In this document: positions 53,666 to 64,000 of the stretch, in pieces | How the letters are laid out: every line of letters begins with the position of its first letter | Position numbering within the stretch: the stretch's first letter is position 1 | Assembly (NCBI RefSeq): GCF_006345805.1 | Contig: NC_043011.1 | Coordinates: forward strand, 58,664,464 to 58,728,463 | Length of the DNA stretch: 64,000 nt | Origin: Octopus sinensis | Lineage: Eukaryota | Direction of reading: 5' to 3' | Translations under genes and position numbers: made by a program | The notes under the pieces: model-generated | What the model was told of the DNA's origin: nothing | The model's database searches: none | Seen by the model: only the letters and a program-made list of their open reading frames with translations

Positions 53666-54088
53666 AGCAATATGAGCAAAGGCTTGGTGGTTAGCCGCAA
53701 TATGGCTGAATTGCTAAAAGAAGAAATTAGCAAGATGGCGTTTTAAATTGAATCTAGTTTTATAAAGCTGCTTGATCTATTCTTGCTTTGTTTTTATAAT
53801 TTCTTAAATATCTTGGGAATTTTAATTAAAATAAGCTTCTTTTCTAAATGATTTCTTTTCTATGTTATTGATTGTAGGTCATTTTCCATATTATTGATTG
53901 TAGGTCATTACTGATTGATAATTTGTTTTCAATATTATTGACTGTAGGTCATTCAATGAAAAAAAGTAAGTTAAGTAACTATTTCCCTATAAAGCAATTT
54001 TAGTATCATTCCTAGTGACTTTTTTCTGTGAAATAAGTATCTTAAATTAGGAAATTACTATTTGTAAATCTCACAGCGAAAGATATTT

Positions 54089-54468
54089 AGCAACAGTACT
54101 TTGTAGTAAAGCTTGTTTGCCAACATAACATGGCAGTCCTGGTTTAGGACGAATGTTGCTGTAATTTAGCCCCCGGTGACATCGTCTCCAGCTGGCTATA
54201 CGACACGATCTGTGTCCTTATATTTTCGATCAAGGGAATCTAGCACCCCCACTCAGCTCAAAGCAACATCGGAAATCGCGATACACAGATATTGTTTTGA
54301 GCTGAGTGGGGATGCTAGATTCCCTTGTTCGAAACTATAAGGACACAGATCGTATCGTATAGCCAGCTGGAGACGATGTCTCCTGGGGCTAAATTACAGC
54401 AACATTCGTCCTAAACCAGGAGTGCCATGTTATACTGGCAAAAAGTTTTACTCCATAAGTAACTTGCT
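54089..54468. mobile_element. Foldback MITE-like element, ~180-bp arms, 17-nt loop
   Basis: 54089-54270 inverted against 54288-54468; outer ends diverged; no clear TSD. Confidence 0.8.
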
Positions 54469-56334
54469 TCGTATTTCTACTTGATTTGCAAGTTTCTTGA
54501 TGTGAGTTCGTCTTGTTACTGGCATAATGTCCTTCCCAAAGCTCAAAGGTATCTTACAATTGTATTTTTAATTTATAATAACAATAATACTAATTAATCC
54601 CAAATATATGCAGAAGGCCTGAAATTGTAGGCGAGAGGGCAGTCGATTACATTGGCCCCATTACGCAGTTGGAAATGATGTTATCCGGCCCTAAACCAAT
54701 AAAAGCAACTCGAATATAAGTGGAAAATTAGGAAGAAATACCGTTCCTCACTTTGTCAGTCGTGCTAAAATTTCCGTGACAACGCAACCTTAATATTGAT
54801 AGTAACAATAAACGTTATTGAATTGAATACAGAAATGAAGAAAGCAAAAGAACATAATTGCAGAGAAATTCTTTTTTTATAATATTAGTGGATAATACGA
54901 TGATGAGATTAGTGTAAGGACTTTGCTGCACATTCCATGACAGAGATGTTAGAAATATTCTTGTATCTTCATTCAAAAGGTATTGTCTATCCATTTTATA
55001 AATACAAGAAATGTAGTCGAAAGCATATTTACCAACTTCAGTACTCATTACCTATGTACACTGTTTATATCAAGTAATTATGAACTGAAGGTAGATTAAC
55101 ACACCCACAAAAGGTACTCTTGACCCCCTCCTCTCTCTCGATCTCTGAAGCAGTTATGCAATTAACTATTACAGAGAAAATTTTAATAATTTATTTCAGG
55201 AATATAGAGGGAAATTTTTGAGATTACCAGGTTAATGAGTTTATTTTGTTGTGAAATCTATGGACAACTTTATATTTCATAGGAATATTACTGGAAATGT
55301 TATATCACGATTAAATTCGATGCTGGATATATGAGAATTATCAAGAAGTGATTTAAATCAATCGCGAAAGAAACTAACAGATTACTCATAATGCTAATCT
55401 TAGTGTGCTGTTAGGCTGCTTATATCACCTACCTTGTGGTCTGGAACTAGAGAGTGGATGTTTACAGTATGCGTTGACAAAGTCTGTAGCATAATAAACT
55501 GTCTCATTCGATTGTTTGGGTATGTTGACAGTCGATCGACGCGTCCGTGTTGTGTCTCCATGAAATTAATCAATAGATGTTAAGAGTCAGACAGTAGAAG
55601 AGTTGTAATCAAACTGAAACAACAGGTCTCCATTGGTGCATATATATTCGTTATTATTTATATCCGTCAAAATATCCGCTGAGGAGAAAACAAGTAGTTC
55701 ATTATATATTCCCACGTATTTATTTCTTCTTGTTTCTATTCATTACATCCGAGTGGTGTCAGCCCAGCGCAACAATATTTTGCACATTTTCAAGTGGTTG
55801 CTTGCTGATTATTTATGTTATACACAAGTACACGAGACACACATTGACGAGTCGCTATAGCTAAAGAAACGTATTTATATATCTAGGCATATACATTGCA
55901 TTACGTTCTCAATTATTCTTCTCTCATGAAATGAATAGCATGGGTAGATATAGAGTGAGTTCAACAAAGTGGAAACACAGTGCATAGACGGTAGTGTTAT
56001 TCAAAATTAAAAGATTTTCAGTTAAATGTAATGATGAATACAGAGTGAATTCTGTGTAGAATCTGGAAAACTTTCGCTCTTAATTAAGAAATCTCATTCA
56101 TTTAGCCGTGCATTTATCTTATAAAGAAATGTCAAACAGTCGACTGCGTGGATCATGCATGGCATGAGATAAATAATTATTTATTTACCAATTCCAAATT
56201 GATTTCGAAACCGGTAAATAATTGTAATCATACATCTTTATTTACGTTGAGTTAGGAAATACGTGAATACATAAATTATCATAACGTTTACTGGAGTCAG
56301 TAAAAGTCTGATTACAATGGTTATATTTAATATC

Positions 56335-56720
56335 CTTTCTAGTTTGGGGTCAATGGAAGCAATTTTTAAGGAGAGATTACATCGGGCCGTCTGCTGAATT
56401 CGTACGGATTTTATCGACTATGAAGGAATGAAAGGGAAAGACTACCTTGGCTTTTGAGCTCAGAAAATGAAGATCCGGAATAACTGCTGCTAAGCATTTT
56501 CCCGGCGCGGTAATGATTCCGCTAGCTCACATCTTTAATCGTAAATAATACTTAATAATATTAAAAGAAAAAAAATTGGTTTCAAATTTTGGCACGAAGC
56601 CAGCCACTATGGGGGAGTGATTGAGATCGACCTCGGCGGAATTTGAACTCAGAACGTAAGGACTGACAAAATGCCAGTAACGATTTTAGTCGGCGCAGTA
56701 ACAATTCTGCCAAATTCTGC
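56335..56720 (-). mobile_element. Two adjacent decayed SINE family A copies
   Basis: ttttatcgactatgaaggaatgaaaggg (~56410) and gatcgacctcggcggaatttgaactcagaacgtaa (~56626). Confidence 0.65.
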
Positions 56721-58135
56721 CACATTGTTAAGACGAAGAATATTAAAATTATTAACAACTGAATATGCTAGAAACAGAAGTAAATATAAAGACAGCATAT
56801 TCAATCATTCGTTCCATAAACTATAAATATTTTCATATAATGTAAATACATTTCTATGAGAAATAAATAATTTTGTGTATTTTAGAATATAGATGGAAAC
56901 GATGTATAAATATTTTAGTATCATATTGTGTGCATACATGACATCCATGTAAATATCCATTGATATTTATATTTTGCATCACGGATACAACAAATACTGA
57001 CAAAAGGCTTCAATATTTAATACGGTAAACCGCGGTGTTGTATTTTCAAAAGATTTAAAATATAAAACATTTGAAATTCCGTATCAAATTATCAATTTAT
57101 TCTCAGCAAACAGTAAAAGTCAGAATTCATGCATCCTCCACAGAATTGCATGACATCCAGATGTGGAATAGAAAAAACGCTGCAGTCTTTCTCATACTCT
57201 GTTTAATGTCATTTCAGAAAGTGCCTTGAGTACATTTCAAGGCAATTTTGAAGGTAGAGCAAGCGATCACGAGTCTGAAGTATTCTGAATCAACTGTTAA
57301 TATCGATGATAACTCAAAGCAATTTAAAATTTTGATTTGAAAACTGAACGTAAAAAAGAAACAGAAATCTTGTTATTCATTCTTTGTTAATCGTTTGTAA
57401 TAAAAATGTACTCAACGATTATTTTGGGAAAATGTGATGGCGGTAATTCTGTAATAATGGATAGTAAAACTGTGTGAAATGATTTTCCGGGATTTTAGCT
57501 GTGTTATTATAAACCATTGTTACGATAAATACGGGTCAAAAAGAGCAGTTGCAATGGTGAAATGTGATATGTTTTAAAAAACTGCACTTGAAAAATAAAC
57601 ATCAAGAAATATTAATAAAAAATTATAGATTATTTCATATTTTCGAAAGAAACAGATGGATCGGAATGCTGGATTCTTAAAAATGACTTGATGAGGATGA
57701 AATGAACGCGATCTTCCATGTTCCATCCCTTACAATAATGCTAAAAGTAGTTTATGAGAAAGGAAATATATAAGAGTATAAGTTGGATAAAATATTTGAA
57801 TCGGGCTCCTTTTAGATATTCAAAACAACTGGTAAATGCCAGAGGCTGCTCCGTTCATCGGATCATCTGAAACCCACCTCGTTGTCAACTGTTTTATCGA
57901 AAGCGTAGATTGTTGTTAAATGCTCGAAATACGAGACTAGACAAAACTGATGAAAGGGTCATTCTTTATGTTGATTGTTTTGTTTTCCATTGGTGTCTTT
58001 CGTTGTTCGAAAGAATAGTTCATGTTCAATGTCATCGTTCTCCGTACTTTTTGTTGTACACGTTTCGTGACGTCTTGTGCCCACTACTACGTATATATAA
58101 ACGTATAGATGTATGTAAATATACATATGTATATA

Positions 58136-58178
<43 letters not shown>

Positions 58179-58262
58179 TTATATTATTTTTTATATTATT
58201 ATATGATTATTATATGATTGAAAGCCACGCATCATCTTCTAAGTAAGTTATCTATGTATGTA

Positions 58263-58325
<63 letters not shown>

Positions 58326-58855
58326 GTGCGTGTGTCTATGTTTATGTGTGTGTATGTGTGTGCATGTATGCGTTCATACACAAGATTACATGCACTAGTC
58401 ATTATTTAGTAAAAATGCGATCATAAGAACTCTGTTATTGTTCAGAAAATCAAACGGCATTACAAAACTACTACACTCCTTATAATACAATATTGCCAGA
58501 ACTATAGCAGATGTTCAATTTATTTCCTTTGATAAAGAATCGGGCAGCAATTCTTGGTTTTCTAGATTTGTCTCTCTACGTATATAAACATTTTCATGCA
58601 CTGTTGACAACAGCAACAGTACTAATAAGAGAAAACGGTAAAAGAAGGACGAATACGACGAGACATCAAAGGGGATAATGAAGAAGAACATTAGCAGGCG
58701 TGGAAAGAGCGGACATCAGCGCGATTAATAGTTAATGTCTAGAATATCGTTTAAGCAATTTACAAATAGACTCGTTAAATGTTGAACATATAAGTCTTTT
58801 GAAGAGGCGTTTTTTCAGTGATATCAATAGTATTGTATTCTACATATTGAGATGT

Positions 58856-58895
<40 letters not shown>

Positions 58896-59307
58896 TCTCT
58901 CACACGTACAAATACACAAAAACACACACATACATTAGAAGATATTTTCTCATCGTTTGAAGAATGTGGGACGTCCTTAAAGCAATACGCTTCGATGTAG
59001 TTTGTATTTACATGTTAATTCTTAACAAAATTGGTTGAAATGAAAGGATTTCATGAAACTTCCTTACAATCATCAATGCAGATATCCGCCAAAGCTATTA
59101 AAAATGGTAAGTGCCACACCCTCACGTCACACCACACACTGTTATTCTGTTGGGGTCAGTGATATTTGAAAGTTATTCAACTGCGGCTATACTCGCATCT
59201 TAGTCTGTCTGACCTCTCCCTTGTGAGGGGAAACTTAGAGCTGGAAAATTTAGAATATGTTTATGTGTGTGTTTGTGCGTGTGAGTATGTATGTATGTAT
59301 ATCTATG

Positions 59308-59341
<34 letters not shown>

Positions 59342-60680
59342 CACACACACATACATATATATGTAACAAAATGAAATTTAGAAGGATGTGCCCGTCTATG
59401 TATCATACGTAATATAAATGCGTTGTTTAAGTGAAATTTACTGTGGTATTCGCCCAGATATGATATATGACGTGGGTATGCTGTGTTTGAAAACCAATGC
59501 TTTTCGGGAGGTGACAGGATCTCGACCAGCAGCTGTAAGAACGCCAAAAGATTTCTGTCTCGTTTGGCCTTGTCGATAGCATCTAATCACTGCCAGTGAC
59601 ATGATGAGGCAAATTTTGTCGACATTGATATATAGGAAAAGAGCGAATAAACATTCAATTTTATTGCGAATAGAATCCCCCCTACATACAAATCTGTTAT
59701 ATGCAATAAAATCAGTGAAAGTAGCTGTCTCTGTCTCACACATAATAACCGAGATCCCAACGTTCTTGCACGGGTCTTTGATAAGCTACATGTTTGGAGA
59801 CCTGCAAGTTTTGAGAGATAGGCATATGTTTATTACATTCAATGCAGTGCTTGGCCGTAATTTAGTTTCTTGATTCCAAAGTGATGAAAGGCAAAATTCA
59901 ATTCTACTTGATTCATGTAGCTCAAAAGGTAAGAGCCTGAAGAAATATCCGTTACCATTTTGTCCAAATCTCTAGCGTTTCTCTGTGAATATACATATCG
60001 TTCATTATTACAATGACGTGACTTAATATCTTATTACTAGTTCCGTTCCACAATAAAAAAAAATATTGATTTATTTATTGGGTCAAGAAAAATATAGATT
60101 GAAAAGTGTTAGATATAAATGATTGTACAAATTTTTCAACAAACAAGTGTAATTAAATAATGCTTCCTAAATTATGAATCGATACTTAAGTGCTCTGATA
60201 AAATTTAGGAATGTTCGGCCGCCTCTTGACGCATGCACTCAACAAATATAGAATCTTAAAATATATACCTCTTTAACATCCATTGCATTTTAATAATATT
60301 TATTAAAACAGAACAAATTTAATATTAAACATCAACTAAAGTACTTTCTTTAATTCATATAATTTAATCCCAAATGGAACGTAATTTAAACAGAAATTAA
60401 TTTCATAATAATTACTTAAACTATAGCCTACATTTATAGAATATCTAAATTCAACTGTTATTTTCACGTTTTATTCAAAACACTGATGCTGCAAATATGA
60501 TAAGTATAATGCATTTTGTAACTGAGAATTTGTAGCGTTACAACACTGGATTCATGTTCATTTCATTGCTTAGGAAGACATACATACAAGCCGTTTAATA
60601 AAACAGGGTTAGGATCCGCATTAAAATCTTCGTATCTTCGTACTCACATAAATTCATAGAGAATTCGTAGAGAACAGCTA

Positions 60681-60747
<67 letters not shown>

Positions 60748-60760
60748 TGCATATATATAT

Positions 60761-61072
60761 AATTGCAGCGTGGAAGGTGTTTATAAGCCATTTACGAAAC
60801 ACACAAAAACCGTTAGATTCACTTCAACATTTAAATTTAATTTGTCAAAATATTTTCGTCGCTTTGAGACCGCGACCTGTTCACTGACAAAACTTCGTGA
60901 TGCATCTCAAAGCAACGAAAATATTTTGACAAATTAAACTTAAATGTTGAAGTGAATCACACGGCTTTTGTGTGTTTCTTAAATGGCTTACAAACACATT
61001 CCACGCTGCAATTGTTTTCGTTCCAGCACACGATCTCAGATCAAATCACTTGCTATGCGAGTAGATCTCCGA

Positions 61073-61075
<3 letters not shown>
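60761..61075. mobile_element. Foldback element with hammerhead motif between (TA)n and (AAT)n
   Basis: Arms 60761-60869 and 60905-61013; tail 61014-61075; flanked by ~44-bp direct repeats at 60647 and 61120. Confidence 0.75.
60841..60891 (-). ncRNA. Minimal type I hammerhead motif, G3:C8 variant
   Basis: uuuguca GUGAACA g gucgc-ggucucaaa-gcgac GAAA auau UU ugacaaa; 7-bp helix I, 5-bp helix II, palindromic AAUAUU, UUU site. Confidence 0.6.
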
Positions 61076-61118
<43 letters not shown>

Positions 61119-61153
61119 TCATAGATTCATAGAGAATTCATAGAGAATAGTTA

Positions 61154-61188
<35 letters not shown>

Positions 61189-61367
61189 AGCCTTAGGAAG
61201 CATCGAGTTCCTGTTCAGTACAATCGTCGTTTGTACCTGTGCGTGTATATGTGTGTGTGTGTGCGTGTGACGAAGCATATGTCCATACACGTTATTTTTT
61301 TTTTGTTTGCTATTATATCAGCCAAATAAGACCTACCAGTTATTTTTACCCATATGTATGTGCGATG

Positions 61368-61703
61368 CAGGCGCATGGCTCACTGGTTAGAGCGTCGAGC
61401 TTACGATCGTGAGGTTGTGAGCTCGAATCACGGACCAGGCTGCGTGTTGTGTTCTTGAGCAAGACACTTTATTTCAAGTTGCTCCAGTTCACTCAGCTGT
61501 AGAAATGAGTTGTGACGTCACAGGTGCCAGGCTCTATCGGCCCCTTTACCTTTCCCTTAAATAGCACTGGTGCCATGAGGAGGGGATGCCGGTGTGCATG
61601 GGCGACTGCTGGTTATCCATAAACAACCTTGCCCGGACTTATGCCTGGGAGGGTAACTTTCTAGTCGCAATCCCATGGTCAGTTATGACCGAAGGGGGTC
61701 TCA
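61368..61703 (+). mobile_element. tRNA-derived SINE with CORE-like block and a third type of 3' tail
   Basis: tggctcactggttagagc A-box; ttcttgagcaagacactttatttcaagttgctccag block; distinct tail ending gaccgaagggggtctc. Confidence 0.75.
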
Positions 61704-63414
61704 GAATATGTTTGTGCAGAATACTTGTATATGTTCAAGCAATATTGAATGACGCCCGACAGACTGCTCTCAGGTCTGAGCTAACCATATGCAGCAGTTT
61801 GGTTGAAAATATAGTAAATATATTTGTTTTATCTGACACACTCAACGGTAAAATTTCCACTTATTCCTTATTTTTATTTTCTAAATTATTTTCTAAAATA
61901 AGGAATAAGTGGTAATTTTACCGGTGAGTGTGTTAAATAATAAGGCACTAAAGGAGAATGACTCTCCCCAGACACAACAGAATATGCTTCAACACACGAA
62001 CTCATATAAAGAATCTTGCAAACCAAATCCAAAAACGAAATATTTCTTTTTCTTTCATGTTCTTACTTTCGGTTTTTGTTGTTAACATATTCCAAAGACA
62101 GTGTGTCTAATTACAGTGACCCTGTCTTACGTCCGCGAGAAAGTGTGCTTCTACCAACGTACTTTAATTCTTGTGCGGTAAATGGTAAAATGTTAGAGTG
62201 GTCCGCTTCGCAGGAATACGGAAATGCATTAAGATTTAGAGCGGTGAACGATGTTAACGAATAGACTTTTATTGCTGAACAATAACTTGGGAAACTCTTT
62301 GTGCTGCCGCATAATATCCATTATATTACCAAACACTACCATTCCGAACAGATTTTTCTATTTTATACATGAAATATACATAGCAAGTCTTCGCGCGAGT
62401 CTTATATATTGGATGAATAATTTGTATTCTAGTAAGAACAAAATTTATATGAATGTATTTCTTTTGAGGGCAATATATGTTCGCTACTTTTATCTCTCTT
62501 TGAACACGAGTGTCAAAAATTATTTTTATTTCATCTCACCTTTTCATAAGGATATTGGAATAATTGCACAAGTTGTCAAAAGAAATTCGAGACTGACCTT
62601 ACGATTTTTCTTTCATTCGATTCGATAAAACGGTAGAAATTAGGTGTCATTCTTCCTTTCGACTAGTTTCTGACTACTTTCTTAAGTAAATGAAATAAAT
62701 ACGACGCGGTGTCTCTCATTACGGTTAGCTCAAGTGACTTACACATGTTAGTTGAAATGTTTCTTTAATATTGTAGCGTAGAACAAACAACCACGAGAGC
62801 AATCATAATAACAACAAACAGAATGAGTGATTTACACGGCAACTTAGTAAAAGCGAACTTGCAATTGAAAAGAAGAACATAAATAAATAAACGAAAAACC
62901 TGAGAAATCTAACAGACGAGTAAATCAAACGAATATTCCGTGACATAAGCGGCAACGCTAATAATAGCGTCTCTAACATTCATGGGAACAAGGTTAAATA
63001 TTGTAATGTTGGAGCGAAATGTTTCAAGCATTGGCTTCGGCATATAACTGGTACATCACAATACATGATCAGTACCCTCTTGGAATGTGAGGTATGAAAC
63101 GTAACGTACACTTTACTGGGAATTCCATTACTAATTTAATGGAGTGTTACTGAATGTTAAACTTATTTTGTACTGTACCATCCTATTGGTGTATTCGATA
63201 ATATAAACACATACATTAAACCACACAATTACATAGTTTCACAATGAACTATGTCAAGTTTATAATGTGAGAGGAAGATATGAAAAAGGATGTAAATAAA
63301 AAATTATACCTCCTCGAGTGAATTCAAGACATAAAATTTCATTACCTTTCTCAAAGTAGTTATGGTGGCAATACTTCTGCAGCCAAGTTAGTGTCAATGT
63401 TTATTTTTTATCGA

Positions 63415-63425
63415 TATGAATAAAT

Positions 63426-63478
<53 letters not shown>

Positions 63479-63490
63479 CAGTTTTATAAC

Positions 63491-63521
<31 letters not shown>

Positions 63522-63539
63522 CATATGTATATTTATGCA

Positions 63540-63580
<41 letters not shown>

Positions 63581-63695
63581 TATGTATATATATATAATAT
63601 ATAATATATATGTATAATATATATGTATATATATATGTATATTATATATATGTATATATATATGTATATACATATATATACATATATATATATGA
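63415..63695. repeat. (TA)n/(TATG)n compound microsatellite
   Basis: Directly visible. Confidence 0.95.
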
Positions 63696-63820
63696 TTTTT
63701 AGTGGTAAGAAAGCCTGACCACTTATTTTATATGCCTGTTACCTTAGTCATTCTTTCTTTCTTTCTTTCTCCCCCTCTCTCTCTTTCTGTGTGTGTATAT
63801 ATATACATATATATATATTA

Positions 63821-63855
<35 letters not shown>

Positions 63856-64000
63856 AGAGAGATAGGTGAGGGATTTCCGCGTAGTTTCTCCCTAGCATAC
63901 TCCAGTGACCAATGACAGCGAATCAATTGAGCCAACCAATCATTGCTAGAAATACCTCCAACCCAGTGCCACGTAATGGAACCAAAATCGCAGAACCTTG

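Noticed and set aside
59460-59512. Possible 53-nt plus-strand exon (MIYDVGMLCLKTNAFRE)
   Set aside because: Splice signals are moderate and there is no partner exon or known peptide.

Overview
AT-rich, microsatellite-saturated animal DNA, most consistent with an octopus (coleoid cephalopod) intron or intergenic region. The organism is inferred from repeat style and was not verified. No host gene could be confidently identified; almost all ORFs in the supplied track are translated microsatellites. The window holds several tRNA-derived SINE families (some with clear target-site duplications), fragments of R4/Dong-like, RTE and CR1/L2/Jockey-group LINEs, a mariner transposase relic, two MITE-like foldbacks and two non-autonomous rolling-circle-type elements. 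The most notable signal is a set of short elements embedded in (TA)n tracts, several of them inverted duplications, that carry minimal type I hammerhead ribozyme motifs. There are at least six sequence-unrelated versions, with palindromic helix III and covariation at the core 3:8 pair (C-G, U-A, G-C, U.G). This matches what is known for Penelope-like element pseudo-LTRs. All folds were done by eye and no activity is demonstrated.
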